DNA of 64,000 nt from Synergistales bacterium (GTDB taxonomy: Bacteria > Synergistota > Synergistia > Synergistales > JAFGMB01), in the NCBI GenBank assembly GCA_963666205.1, contig OY762654.1, positions 2,816,001-2,880,000 on the forward strand, written 5' to 3'. The position numbers and the translations under genes are program-made. The notes below the pieces were generated by a model that was not told the DNA's origin, searched no databases, and saw only the letters and a list, made by a program, of their open reading frames with translations. How positions within the stretch are numbered: position 1 is the stretch's first letter; every line of letters begins with the position of its first letter. This document shows, piece after piece, positions 39,188-49,776 of the stretch.

Positions 39188-41344
39188 TTATTCCTGCCTC
39201 CAGATCTTTTGAAGTTCTTCCACTGGTATATTGAGGTGTCCTTCAATGTAAAGAGATCTGCCTCCAGCTTTTGCAAGCATTACAATGGGGAATCCCCTCC
39301 ATGTGTGGCGAAATTCAACTATCTTGTCAGATGGAACTGCATAAATTGCCCTGGGTCCTCCTTCTCCAAAAAGGAGAATATCCTTGCGGGTTGGAATGTT
39401 GAGTTTCATTTCTGCCCCTATGCCGCTGGAAATACATTCTTTCGCAAGTGCTGAAGCAAGACCCCCTCCAGCGATGGCTCGTCCACTTCTGGCCAGTCCT
39501 TCCCTCGCTGTTTCAAGTGCCCTGGCAACGAAATCCGATTCTGCCTGTCCGTTAAAAACGAGTGGTCTTCCTTTAGGAGTACCCATTTTCTGCATCTGAT
39601 AATGACTTCCGGAAAGAGATGGATCAGAAAGACCTACATAAAAAATATGGTCGCCTTCTTCCCAGGATCCACATCCGAGCATTGCATTCTCATTTCTTAT
39701 CAGTCCAACGACTCCCACGAGAGGAGAGGGAAGGATTCTCTGGGATGCTGTTTCGTTATAAAGACTTACATTTCCTGATACAACAGGACAATCCAGTTCA
39801 GAGCAGCATGCAGCCATACCTTTTACACTTTCTGAAAGTTCCCAGAACTGTTCAGGGATCTCTGGTGAAGGGTAGTTCAGGCAGTTCGTCATACCTAGAG
39901 GTTCGGCTCCCGCAACAGCCAGAGCACGAATGGATCTTGCCACCGTTTCTGCCCCCCCCCTGTAAGGGTCAAGGTAGCATTTCCAGGGATCTGACTCCAT
40001 TGATACTCCTACAAGCTTTTCTGAACCTTTTATCCTCAGAACGCTTATGTCTCTGTTTCCTGGTCCTGTTACTGTGTTGAGCTGGACCATCTGATCATAC
40101 TGTTCATAGATCCATTTCTTGTCTCTAAGGTTGGGAGATGATATCAGTTCCCTTAGATCAGGAGTCAGATCATTGTTAAAGGGAATATCCTCTACATCGA
40201 AATTCCATCTTTCATCAAGATCTGAAGGAACAGATGATTTCCAGTCTGGAGAAGGGCAGTCACTTCCAATGAGGGTAGCCGGGAGATCTACAACTATGTT
40301 TTCCCCGTCCTTAATAATATAGTCATTCCCTTCAATTACCTCACCTATCACGGCAGCATCAAGATCCCATTTTTCTGCAATGGAAATTACACGGGAGACA
40401 TTCTCAAATTCAACGATCATAAGCATTCTTTCCTGAGATTCGGAAAGAGCTATTTCCCATGGTTCCATACCTGTTTCTCTAAGGGGGACCCTGTCAAAGT
40501 GCATTATCATTCCAACACCGCTCTTTGCAGCAATTTCACTGGATGACGATGTGATACCTGCAGCTCCCATATCCTGCATACTGATTATTAATCCCTTTTC
40601 CTTAAGTTCAAGACATGCTTCTATCAGGAGTTTTTCAACAAAGGGATCACCGATCTGGATGTTAGGCCTGCTGGATTTTGTATCTTCTGACAGTTCTATC
40701 GAGGCAAATGCCGCCCCTGCTATCCCGTCTCTGCCTGTTTTGGAGCCAATAAGCACCACTGCCTGTCCAGGACGGGCAGTCTGCGAACTTATAATCTGGT
40801 CGAGTTTTACATGGCCCAGGCACATGGCATTTACAAGGGGATTATCAGTATAGGATTTATCATATATGGTCTTTCCCCCAACAGTAGGGACTCCTACAGG
40901 GTTTCCATAGCCTCCTATACCTCTGACTATTCCATCGGAAAGGTTCTTGGTTTTCTGAATTTCCGGATCTCCGAAAAAAAGGCCATCGAGGGAAGCTATT
41001 GGACGGGCTCCAAGAGCCAGAATATCCCGGATAATACCTCCTACTCCTGTTGCCGCTCCCTGGAAAGGGGCAACAGCAGAAGGGTGATTGTGGCTCTCTA
41101 CCTTGAAGGCTATTCCATTTCCGTCACCTATATCAACTATTCCAGCATTTTCGCCTGGTCCCAGGACGACACTTTTCCCTTCAGTAGGGAAAAGGCTCAG
41201 TAATGGTTTAGTTGACTTGTAACTGCAATGTTCAGACCACATTACACCCATAATAAGCAGTTCACATTCATTGGGTTCTCTACCCAGAGTCTCGACAAGG
41301 GCCTTGTATTCATTCTCCCTCAGACCAGCTTCGCTGTAATGCAT
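39188..41344 (-). CDS. purL: FGAM synthase subunit PurL
   Basis: WSEHCSYKS, ESHNHPS, DMGAAG, SESQERM, SGNVSLYNE; start ATG 41344 or GTG 41353. Confidence 0.96.
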   Translation of the reverse strand: MHYSEAGLRENEYKALVETLGREPNECELLIMGVMWSEHCSYKSTKPLLSLFPTEGKSVVLGPGENAGIVDIGDGNGIAFKVESHNHPSAVAPFQGAATGVGGIIRDILALGARPIASLDGLFFGDPEIQKTKNLSDGIVRGIGGYGNPVGVPTVGGKTIYDKSYTDNPLVNAMCLGHVKLDQIISSQTARPGQAVVLIGSKTGRDGIAGAAFASIELSEDTKSSRPNIQIGDPFVEKLLIEACLELKEKGLIISMQDMGAAGITSSSSEIAAKSGVGMIMHFDRVPLRETGMEPWEIALSESQERMLMIVEFENVSRVISIAEKWDLDAAVIGEVIEGNDYIIKDGENIVVDLPATLIGSDCPSPDWKSSVPSDLDERWNFDVEDIPFNNDLTPDLRELISSPNLRDKKWIYEQYDQMVQLNTVTGPGNRDISVLRIKGSEKLVGVSMESDPWKCYLDPYRGGAETVARSIRALAVAGAEPLGMTNCLNYPSPEIPEQFWELSESVKGMAACCSELDCPVVSGNVSLYNETASQRILPSPLVGVVGLIRNENAMLGCGSWEEGDHIFYVGLSDPSLSGSHYQMQKMGTPKGRPLVFNGQAESDFVARALETAREGLARSGRAIAGGGLASALAKECISSGIGAEMKLNIPTRKDILLFGEGGPRAIYAVPSDKIVEFRHTWRGFPIVMLAKAGGRSLYIEGHLNIPVEELQKIWRQE

Positions 41345-41345
41345 C

Positions 41346-42050
41346 TCAAGCACCCTCCCTATCGATCCAGGTTTTGATTGAATTCCACATCAAGGCACCA
41401 TCTGCTCCACCCATGATATGCTCGCTTGCTCTTTCAGGATGAGGCATGAGACCAAGGACGTTCCCCTGTCTGTTAACTATCCCCGCAATATTATTCAGCG
41501 AGCCATTAGGATTCCCATTTTCTGAAATCTCGCCTGAGGAAGTACAGTATCTGAAAACGACCTGTCCATTCTTTTCTATTTCCCTAAGGCTGTCCTGAGG
41601 CAGGAAGTAGAGTCCCTCGTGGTGAGCGATGGGGAATTGTACGACCTGGTCGTTTTTATATTTGAGAGTGAAGGGAGTGTCTGTTTTTTCCACTTTAAGG
41701 AAGCATTGTTTACAGATAAAGGTAAGGGTTTTATTTGCCAGCAGAGCTCCAGGGAGAAGTTTGGATTCTGTAAGTATCTGGAAACCGTTACAGATACCAA
41801 GAACTAGTTTTCCCCTGGATGCATGTTTTTTAACAGATACCATTATGGGAGACCTGGCTGCCATGGCGCCACATCTGAGATAGTCGCCATAGGAAAACCC
41901 TCCAGGGATTATGACCAGATCAGTTGACGCAGGGATCGCTGTATCCTTGTGCCATACAGGAACAACTACTGAGCCTGTTATCTCCCTGACTGCATGGATT
42001 ACATCCCTGTCGCAGTTGCTCCCGGGGAATATCACAACTGCAGTTTGCAT
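41346..42050 (-). CDS. purQ: FGAM synthase glutaminase subunit
   Basis: FPGSNCD, PGGFSYGDYLR, GICNGFQ, MPHPER. Confidence 0.97.
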   Translation of the reverse strand: MQTAVVIFPGSNCDRDVIHAVREITGSVVVPVWHKDTAIPASTDLVIIPGGFSYGDYLRCGAMAARSPIMVSVKKHASRGKLVLGICNGFQILTESKLLPGALLANKTLTFICKQCFLKVEKTDTPFTLKYKNDQVVQFPIAHHEGLYFLPQDSLREIEKNGQVVFRYCTSSGEISENGNPNGSLNNIAGIVNRQGNVLGLMPHPERASEHIMGGADGALMWNSIKTWIDREGA

Positions 42051-42302
42051 TTACTGTTCCTCCACTTCAATGCTGTAATCTTCGATCAATTCATTCACCA
42101 GAAGGTCATCACACATTCTGTCTGCTTCCTGATAAGCCTTTTCCGCTGAATCTGCATCGATCCATAGCTGGATATATTTACCCACTCTGGCGTTTCTCAA
42201 GTTGGAATAGCCTGAATCAGTGAGAGATTTAGCAACGGTCTTTCCCTGGGTGTCAAGAACCCCTTCTTTTAAATAGATCAGGATCCTGGCATGAAAGGTC
42301 AT
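42051..42302 (-). CDS. purS: FGAM synthase subunit PurS
   Basis: LKEGVLDTQG, RVGK, LLVNELIEDY; lies between purC and purQ. Confidence 0.95.
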   Translation of the reverse strand: MTFHARILIYLKEGVLDTQGKTVAKSLTDSGYSNLRNARVGKYIQLWIDADSAEKAYQEADRMCDDLLVNELIEDYSIEVEEQ

Positions 42303-42305
42303 AGT

Positions 42306-43022
42306 CTACTCATCTCTCGAGGAAATTCTTTTCCAGATTTCCTCGTATGCACCAAGAACATTGCCCAGATCTTTTCTGAATCTGTCCTTGTCGAGTTTTT
42401 CTCCGCTTTGGATATCCCAGAATCTGCATGTATCAGGTGAGACTTCGTCGGCAAGGATAAGGTTTCCCTCACTATCCCGACCAAATTCAAGCTTGAAATC
42501 GACAAGAATTATGCCAAGCTCTTTAAAGTAATCGGATAGAAGGGAGTTGACCTTGAGAGTTATTTCCTTGATCTGATCAAGTTCTTCTTTTGATGACCAT
42601 TTAAACAGGATTGCGTGATCTTCAGTGATTATAGGATCCCCAAGTTCGTCATTCTTAAAATAGAATTCTACAAGAGGGTAGGGTAGTTTCATTCCTTCTT
42701 CCACTCCGAGCCTTTTGCAGAGGGTTCCTGTGGTGATATTTCGAGTAACTACTTCTACAGGGATTATGTCAACTCTTTTTACAGTTTGATGGTTATCGTC
42801 TATCTTCTCTAAAAAATGGTTTGGAATCTGATTTTCTGTAAGAAACCTGAAAATAGTTGAGCTGATCAGATTGTTCAGAACTCCTTTTCCTTCCATTTCT
42901 GCTTTTTTCTGTGCATTGAAGGCAGTCAGTGAATTTTTGTACTCAATAAGAAGAACATTTTCATCTTCAGTGGTAAACATCTTTTTAGCTTTCCCTTCAT
43001 AAAGCATTTTCCCTTTTTTCAT
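42306..43022 (-). CDS. purC: SAICAR synthase
   Basis: YEGKAK, IPVEVV.RN, LVDFKLEFG, LADEVSPDTCRFWD, DKDRFR. Confidence 0.97.
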   Translation of the reverse strand: MKKGKMLYEGKAKKMFTTEDENVLLIEYKNSLTAFNAQKKAEMEGKGVLNNLISSTIFRFLTENQIPNHFLEKIDDNHQTVKRVDIIPVEVVTRNITTGTLCKRLGVEEGMKLPYPLVEFYFKNDELGDPIITEDHAILFKWSSKEELDQIKEITLKVNSLLSDYFKELGIILVDFKLEFGRDSEGNLILADEVSPDTCRFWDIQSGEKLDKDRFRKDLGNVLGAYEEIWKRISSRDE

Positions 43023-43051
43023 GGGGCACCTCCAGAGGAATATTTGTTTAC

Positions 43052-43080
43052 ATTATTCCTAAGGTATCCTTAAAAGTCAA
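43052..43080 (-). promoter_or_regulatory. pur operon promoter
   Basis: On the minus strand TTGACT-17 nt-AATAAT, about 30 nt before the purC ATG. Confidence 0.55.
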
Positions 43081-43412
43081 TAGAAACAAATACAGGAGAC
43101 CATGATCTTGTGTTGGAAATTAAGTTATATCCACCATGTGATTCTTTTTTTTAATTTTCTTATTAACATTTTCCCGGGTCTTTTACTGTAAAATACAATA
43201 GATCTGTTTACGTAAGGAGAGCAGTTAGCATATAATCGATTCCCTAGCGGGAGAGATTGATGGATCAAGAATAATACCTGGTGTCTTTAAACCCGGCTTA
43301 CTTATAAGATCTTGGGAAATCTCGAGAAAACATGGTCTGAACAATATTTTATTTCAGACCGAAAGGAAAATAGTTAAATATAGATGAATCTTCAGAGAGG
43401 TGTGTATCCTTT

Positions 43413-45227
43413 ATGGATCTGGAAAGAATAAGGAATTTTTGCATTATTGCTCATATAGATCATGGGAAGTCAACTATTGCAGATCGTCTTCTTGAAATTA
43501 CAAATACGGTTGATTCCAGAATGATGAAAAACCAGGTACTGGATTCCCTTGAACTTGAAAGAGAAAGAGGGATCACAATTAAACTTGTTCCTGTAAGGAT
43601 GAATTATAAAGCCCTGGACGGGAAGGATTATGTCCTTAACCTCATAGATACTCCTGGACATGTCGATTTCGGCTATGAAGTATCCAGGTCTCTTGCTGCC
43701 TGTGAAGGTGCACTGCTTGTTGTGGATGCTGCCCAGGGAGTAGAAGCGCAGACTATGGCAAATGCCTATATGGCAGTTGAACAGAATCTTGAAATAATTC
43801 CTGTTATCAATAAGATCGACCTCCCATCGGCAAGGCCGGAATATGTCAAGAACGAGATTGAGGAAATTATCGGGCTCGATGCCTCCGGTGCTATTCTTGC
43901 CAGTGCCAAGGAAGGAAAGGGAATAGTCGAGATACTTGAGGAAATAGTGCATACGATTCCTCATCCTTCAGGAGACAGTTCCGCTCCTCTCCAGGCTCTT
44001 GTCTTCGATTCCATATATGATAATTATCGCGGTGTAGTTTGTAATATAAGGGTTGTAAATGGAACCATCCGGACTGGCCAGAATGTACTTTTCATGGTAA
44101 CGGGAAAGAGCTATCTTGTAGAGGAAATAGGAGTTTTCAGACCATCTTATCAGCCCGTAAAAGAACTTGGTCCAGGAGAAGTTGGATATATCATTGCAAA
44201 TATTAAAAGTCTATTTGAGGCTCATGTAGGGGATACTGTCACAGATGCTTCTCATCCTTCAGCAAAACCTCTTTCAGGATATAAAAATCCTAAACCTGTG
44301 GTTTTCTGTGGTTTTTATCCCGTTGAAAGAGAGGATTACAGTCAACTGAGAGAGGCTCTGGAAAAATTACAGCTTAACGATTCCGCTATTTCTTTTGAAC
44401 CAGAAACTTCAGTTGCTTTGGGTTTTGGTTTCAGATGCGGTTTTCTTGGACTACTTCATATGGAAATTTCGAAGGAGAGACTCAGAAGAGAGTTTGGAGT
44501 GGAACTGATAGCAACGGCTCCTAATGTTATCTATAGAATAGACACAAAGGAAGGGGGTTTTGTTGAGGCTCACCGTCCTTCCGACTTTCCTGAGATCGGA
44601 GATATTCATGCTGTTCATGAACCTATCATACGTCTTACAGTTTTTGTTCCATCTGAATATGTCGGAAAGGTAATGCAGTTATGCCAGGAAAAAAGGGGAG
44701 AGTATGTATCTATGGATTATCTTTCTCCTGAAAGGGTCAGAATTGTCTATAATCTTCCCCTTGCCGAATTTATTCTTGATTTCCACGATAAACTTAAGTC
44801 TCAGACCAGAGGATATGCTTCACTCGATTATGAACATAAGGGTTTTAGGGAGGCAGACCTGGTCAGAGTGGATGTTCTTATTCAGGGAGAAGCCGCAGAT
44901 GCATTTTCCTTCATTTGCCATAGAGATGAGTCCTATAGAAGGGGGCAGGCCGTAACAAGAAAACTTAAGGACCTCATACCTCGACAGCTTTTTGAAGTTC
45001 CCATTCAGGCCTCGGTTGGTAAAAAAGTCATTGTTCGCCAGAATATCAAAGCATTGAGAAAAGATGTTCTTGCTAAGTGTTATGGTGGAGATATAACCCG
45101 AAAGAGGAAACTTCTTGAAAAGCAGAAGGAAGGGAAGAAGAAAATGAAAAAGATCGGCAAGGTGTCTATTCCACAGGAAGCATTCCTTGCATTTCTTAAA
45201 GTAGAAGATGAAGAAGAAAAAAAATGA
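43413..45227 (+). CDS. lepA: Elongation factor 4
   Basis: [51 protein letters not shown]. Confidence 0.98.
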   Translation: MDLERIRNFCIIAHIDHGKSTIADRLLEITNTVDSRMMKNQVLDSLELERERGITIKLVPVRMNYKALDGKDYVLNLIDTPGHVDFGYEVSRSLAACEGALLVVDAAQGVEAQTMANAYMAVEQNLEIIPVINKIDLPSARPEYVKNEIEEIIGLDASGAILASAKEGKGIVEILEEIVHTIPHPSGDSSAPLQALVFDSIYDNYRGVVCNIRVVNGTIRTGQNVLFMVTGKSYLVEEIGVFRPSYQPVKELGPGEVGYIIANIKSLFEAHVGDTVTDASHPSAKPLSGYKNPKPVVFCGFYPVEREDYSQLREALEKLQLNDSAISFEPETSVALGFGFRCGFLGLLHMEISKERLRREFGVELIATAPNVIYRIDTKEGGFVEAHRPSDFPEIGDIHAVHEPIIRLTVFVPSEYVGKVMQLCQEKRGEYVSMDYLSPERVRIVYNLPLAEFILDFHDKLKSQTRGYASLDYEHKGFREADLVRVDVLIQGEAADAFSFICHRDESYRRGQAVTRKLKDLIPRQLFEVPIQASVGKKVIVRQNIKALRKDVLAKCYGGDITRKRKLLEKQKEGKKKMKKIGKVSIPQEAFLAFLKVEDEEEKK

Positions 45228-46380
45228 ATTGATCTTCAAGACAGGACTCCTGGAGAAAGAACATAATAATTCTCTATCAGTCTATGTTCATATCCCATTC
45301 TGTATAAGCAAATGTCCCTATTGTGCCTTTTATAGCAGGCTTGTAACTAATGATGATATCAACCTATACCTTGAGGCTCTTTCCAGAGAGCTCGAATGGT
45401 GGAGTTCTTTTTTCCCGAAAAGGAGGATCGTTACAAAAACTCTCTATATCGGGGGAGGTACTCCCACTATTCTTTCTGCTTATCAATGGGAACAACTTAT
45501 TTCCATCCTTGATCATCATCTTGATCTTTACCAGGGCTGTGAAATCTCTGTAGAAGCAAATCCTGGTTCCGTAACAAAGGAACACCTTTGTTTATGGAAG
45601 GATTGGGGGCTGACCAGAGTGAGCCTGGGTGTTCAGAGTCTTCACAATGACGAACTTAAGTGGCTTGGAAGGGCCCATGATTCAGCTACAGCCATAAAGG
45701 CTCTTAAACAGATCAAGGATGCAGGATTTGATCTCAGTGCCGATTTGCTTTTCGGGTTATCCGGACAGAGCATCAGAAAATGGTATGATTCCCTTAAGGG
45801 AGTTCTTCAATATGGTGTCGATCACATTTCTGTTTATCAGCTTATGCTGGAAAGAGGAACTCAATGGGGGAAAAGACCTCCACAAGGGGTTTTTAACGGT
45901 TATCCTCACTATCGTTTTGCCCAGTGGTATCTTGCTCACAAGGGACTGGATCAGTATGAAGTAGCAAGTTTTTCCAGACAGGGGAAATGGTGCAGACACA
46001 ACATTGCATACTGGTACCAGAAAAATGTTCTTGCCCTGGGACCTTCTGCCTGGGGGTACTTCAATGGTGCTAGATACTGGAACCACAAAAACTTTTCTGA
46101 TTATCTGATTGCAACAGAATCGAAAGAGGGTGCTACTGCGGGATTTGAGTTTCTTGAAGAAGAGAGAAAGATCCGCGAGGCCGTCATACTTGCTACGAGG
46201 ACAAAATGGGGTGTTTCACTCAATAATTTCTATAATAAGTTCAATAGGGAGATTCTTGACAATATCCTTTCAGAGCTGAGTGAGATTCCTAAGGATCTTT
46301 TCTCAAAGGAAGAACTTCGAATTGCCCTCAGCGCAAAGGGAATGAGAGTCGGGAACGCCATATGGGAAAGAATCGTTTAA
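45208..46380 (+). CDS. hemW: Radical SAM heme chaperone HemW (start uncertain)
   Basis: YVHIPFC..KC.YC, GGGTP, YEVASF, HN..YW; follows lepA. Confidence 0.88.
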   Translation: MKKKKNELIFKTGLLEKEHNNSLSVYVHIPFCISKCPYCAFYSRLVTNDDINLYLEALSRELEWWSSFFPKRRIVTKTLYIGGGTPTILSAYQWEQLISILDHHLDLYQGCEISVEANPGSVTKEHLCLWKDWGLTRVSLGVQSLHNDELKWLGRAHDSATAIKALKQIKDAGFDLSADLLFGLSGQSIRKWYDSLKGVLQYGVDHISVYQLMLERGTQWGKRPPQGVFNGYPHYRFAQWYLAHKGLDQYEVASFSRQGKWCRHNIAYWYQKNVLALGPSAWGYFNGARYWNHKNFSDYLIATESKEGATAGFEFLEEERKIREAVILATRTKWGVSLNNFYNKFNREILDNILSELSEIPKDLFSKEELRIALSAKGMRVGNAIWERIV

Positions 46381-46407
46381 ACATTCTTCTGGGAAGGTGA
46401 TCCTGGT

Positions 46408-47001
46408 ATGGAGTATGGGCTTATCAAAATATCAGAAACGAAAGAAACCTTTATCGAAAATCTTCTTATATCTCTTGCTGGTTATAAACCTCAAGCAAGT
46501 TCTTTTTCCGGCTATCAGTTCAAGGTTCATGATTCTTTGAAAGATGTGCTCTGTTTTCTTGATGGAGAAGATGACGAGTTTAAATGTATCCTTGAAAGAC
46601 AGTTATTCAGAGTATACGCATGTTCAGAGGAAGATGTCGATGAGGTGCTTGTGGTGGGTGATTCCCTCAAAGGATGGGGTAAGGTTTTTGTAAAGGAGAA
46701 CCAACTGAGCGAATCTGTTTTGTCAGTTCACATTTTTTCCTCCTGCAAGGAAGAAATTGAGTGGGGACTTATCGGAATAGCAGCACCCGGGTGGGTACTG
46801 CTATTTGAGGAAGATCTGGATTACGCTGTCAAGGATTACCTTAATGATACCATCAAAGTAGGATACATTCCTGCAGATGAATCGTTTCTGGATTCTGTAG
46901 GGCCGTCTTTAAATTCAAATATTATGCTTCAATCCCTGCTTGAATTGATCCTTCAAAACCTGCCCCGTAGAAAAAACAGAAATGACTATGAACTAGATTG
47001 A
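46408..47001 (+). CDS. Hypothetical protein
   Basis: 197-aa ORF with AAGGTGA RBS; no motif recognised. Confidence 0.7.
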   Translation: MEYGLIKISETKETFIENLLISLAGYKPQASSFSGYQFKVHDSLKDVLCFLDGEDDEFKCILERQLFRVYACSEEDVDEVLVVGDSLKGWGKVFVKENQLSESVLSVHIFSSCKEEIEWGLIGIAAPGWVLLFEEDLDYAVKDYLNDTIKVGYIPADESFLDSVGPSLNSNIMLQSLLELILQNLPRRKNRNDYELD

Positions 47002-47589
47002 AATTACTTTATCAACTTTCATCAGACTTTCTGTTATATCAAACATGTTTGATATAACTCCCACACCTACTTCTTCCGTGACCCCGAAATGGTTTGTACA
47101 TGTTCCGCAAACAAGGATCTCGCAACCCTTTCTTTCAAGTTCCTGGAGATAGTCACATGTGGAGGTTCCCTTAAGTGCAAGTCTTATGCCTTCATTCATC
47201 AGAGAAATATATCTGGGAGGGAATTCCATCTGCACGAGAGTCCCAAGGAAAGATTTGATGAGGACCTCTCCCAGTTCCCTGTCATTTCCTCCTATTATTT
47301 CTCTTGAAATCAATATTGTGAGATTTCCCTTTTCAATTATGTCTTTGCTTTTCATGGATGTCAGGACAGTCTCATTATTCGATGAGATATTGCCTCTGAC
47401 AGTTATCAGATCATTCTTTTCTTCTGTGCTGGTTTTATAGCCCATCTTCTCCAACAGTCGTTTGACATTTCCGGAAGCAACCTTGTTATCAACAATTACT
47501 TCAACCTCATCAGGTCTATCACTTATGATCTTTCTTGTCATAATAACTGGTTGAGGACAGGACTTACCCCTTGCATCCACTATTTTCAA
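46993..47589 (-). CDS. yedF: Selenium metabolism protein YedF (TusA/SirA plus DsrE-like domains)
   Basis: VDARGKSCPQPVI, VDNKVA..NV, ELGEVLIKSF, CGTC, VGVISNM. Confidence 0.88.
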   Translation of the reverse strand: MKIVDARGKSCPQPVIMTRKIISDRPDEVEVIVDNKVASGNVKRLLEKMGYKTSTEEKNDLITVRGNISSNNETVLTSMKSKDIIEKGNLTILISREIIGGNDRELGEVLIKSFLGTLVQMEFPPRYISLMNEGIRLALKGTSTCDYLQELERKGCEILVCGTCTNHFGVTEEVGVGVISNMFDITESLMKVDKVISI

Positions 47590-47609
47590 CTGATCAACCT
47601 CCCTGTATT

Positions 47610-48212
47610 TTATTCTGTATTTAAAGATGAAAGGTTTCTCTTCACCTCGGCCGAGGAAGATACAGTCACTCCAGCATTCATCATCTTTTCAAATGCCATG
47701 TAAATATCTCCTTCGGTGACCTCAACTCCCCGAACTGCATCTTTAACTACAATTACCCTGAAACCTTCTTCTACACCATCGAGGGCGGTGGATTTTACAC
47801 AATAGTCAGTCGCTAGTCCACAGATGATAATACACGTTACTTTTTGATTTCTTAATATCTGCAAAAGTTCAGTGCCATCAAAAGCCGAATATGCCTCCCT
47901 GTCCTTTTCTGTTGCTTTATTGACTATCCTGGAATCAGATGGAATCTTCAGAAGGGGGTGAAAATCAGAACCTTCTGTTCCTTTTACACAATGTTTTGGC
48001 CAGATACCTCCCTCATCGGTGAAGCTCATGTGATCAACAGGGTGAAAATCCCGGGAAAAGATTACCGGCAGGCTATTGGCATGGAAGATGTCTATTAAAT
48101 CGTTGATAACAGGTATGATAGAATCACCTTCAGATATTCCAAGAGCACCTCCGGGACAGAAGTCAATCTGAAGGTCAACCACGATGAGTGCGTATGTTAT
48201 TTGTCTTACCAT
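47610..48212 (-). CDS. pncA: Nicotinamidase / pyrazinamidase
   Basis: VDLQIDFCPGGAL, DFHP..H.SF, WPKHCV, YSAF, GLATDYCV; start 48212 or 48221. Confidence 0.92.
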   Translation of the reverse strand: MVRQITYALIVVDLQIDFCPGGALGISEGDSIIPVINDLIDIFHANSLPVIFSRDFHPVDHMSFTDEGGIWPKHCVKGTEGSDFHPLLKIPSDSRIVNKATEKDREAYSAFDGTELLQILRNQKVTCIIICGLATDYCVKSTALDGVEEGFRVIVVKDAVRGVEVTEGDIYMAFEKMMNAGVTVSSSAEVKRNLSSLNTE

Positions 48213-48365
48213 GGTTATCATCCCTCTTTATGGAATAATTATTATAAAATTATAGCATGAGTTTTTCTTTCGATAATCTGGAGAAGTAATGAAAATTCTT
48301 TTGTAGCTGTTTTTATGATATGTTTGAGCAGGAGAAAAATATAACTTTTTTACTCTGGAGGAATC

Positions 48366-49775
48366 ATGCAAATGGAAAATTCTCAAAGACAGATACTGAG
48401 GTCGTTGCCTCCAATGGACGAACTTCTTGAAAATGAATGGCTCTTTCCCTATTATCAGGAACTTGGGAGAGATACAGTTAAAAAAACATTAAGTGATCTG
48501 ATGAGTAATATAAGGGAAAAAGTGATTGATGGAAAAGTTAAGACAGTAACTATGAACTATATCAGGACCGGAGCAGAAACTATTCTCGAGTCCAGGCGTA
48601 AAATGAGTCTCCAAAAGGTTGTTAATGCTACAGGAGTGGTTGTCCATACCAATCTTGGAAGATCATGTCTCGCTTCTGCTGCTGTAGAGGCGGTAAAAGA
48701 AGTGGCTTCCGGATACAGCACACTGGAGTATAACCTTGAAAAGGGAAAAAGGGGACAACGTAACGAACATGTAGAATGGCTTTTGTGCCAGGTTACGGGA
48801 GCAGAAGCCGCACTGGTTGTCAATAATAATGCCGGGGCAGTTATGCTGTGTCTTGCTGCTCTCGCGAGAAACCGGGAGGTTATCGTTTCGAGGGGTGAAC
48901 TTGTGGAGATTGGAGGTTCTTTCCGTATCCCGGAAATTATGGCTTTTTCAGGATCTCAACTAGTAGAGGTAGGGGCTACCAACAGGACACATTTAAGAGA
49001 TTATGAGGGAGCGTTAACTGATAATACAGTTATGTTTCTGAAAGTTCATCCCTCTAACTTCAGAATAGAAGGCTTCTTTTCTGATGTCCCCAGAGAGGAC
49101 CTTGCCCAATCTGCTCATGATAATGATCTTATCTTCATGGAGGACCTGGGAAGCGGAATTCTTGTTGATGTAAGTAATTTGGGTCTTTCTGGAGAACCTA
49201 CTGTCAGAGATTGCGTGAGCTCGGGAGTAGACATTGTTACTTTCTCCGGAGACAAAATGCTTGGAGGACCCCAGATCGGGGGTATAGTGGGGCGAAAGAC
49301 TATCATAGACAAATTAAGAAACTATCCTCTTCTTAGAGCATTAAGGGTTGACAAGATGACCCTGGCTGCTTTTGAAGCCACATTGAGACTTTATTTAAAA
49401 GGTAAATGGAGAGAGATACCTACACTGACTATGCTTTCTCTTACAATGAAGCAAATGAAAAACAAGGCATCTTCTTTGGCCAGACGACTGAAACAGATCA
49501 TCCCAGAGGCGGAAATCAGGGTTCTGGAAGTCGAGGATGCTGTAGGTGGAGGTGCTTTCCCTGCCACTATCCTTCACGGTTATGGTATAGCTATCAAAAA
49601 ACACCCCTGGGGAAGTTCCGGCAGACTGCAATCTTTGCTGCGTTCTGGAGATATACCTGTAATAGCTGGTGCGGGAGATGATTCTGTAGTAATACATGTC
49701 AGGACTCTGCTCGAAAGAGATGACAGACTTCTGTTGGAGGCATTTTCTTCGCTTCCTGGTAGAGGGGATGATTAA
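48366..49775 (+). CDS. selA: L-seryl-tRNA(Sec) selenium transferase
   Basis: NATGVVVHTNLGR, VNNNAGA, SRGELVEIGGSFRIP, EDLGSG, FSGDKMLGGPQ, RALRVDK. Confidence 0.97.
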   Translation: MQMENSQRQILRSLPPMDELLENEWLFPYYQELGRDTVKKTLSDLMSNIREKVIDGKVKTVTMNYIRTGAETILESRRKMSLQKVVNATGVVVHTNLGRSCLASAAVEAVKEVASGYSTLEYNLEKGKRGQRNEHVEWLLCQVTGAEAALVVNNNAGAVMLCLAALARNREVIVSRGELVEIGGSFRIPEIMAFSGSQLVEVGATNRTHLRDYEGALTDNTVMFLKVHPSNFRIEGFFSDVPREDLAQSAHDNDLIFMEDLGSGILVDVSNLGLSGEPTVRDCVSSGVDIVTFSGDKMLGGPQIGGIVGRKTIIDKLRNYPLLRALRVDKMTLAAFEATLRLYLKGKWREIPTLTMLSLTMKQMKNKASSLARRLKQIIPEAEIRVLEVEDAVGGGAFPATILHGYGIAIKKHPWGSSGRLQSLLRSGDIPVIAGAGDDSVVIHVRTLLERDDRLLLEAFSSLPGRGDD

Positions 49776-49776
49776 A

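Noticed and set aside
39952-39960. C9 homopolymer in purL as a phase-variation site
   Set aside because: It is in frame (Arg-Gly-Gly-Ala) in a core biosynthetic gene, with no sign of slippage.
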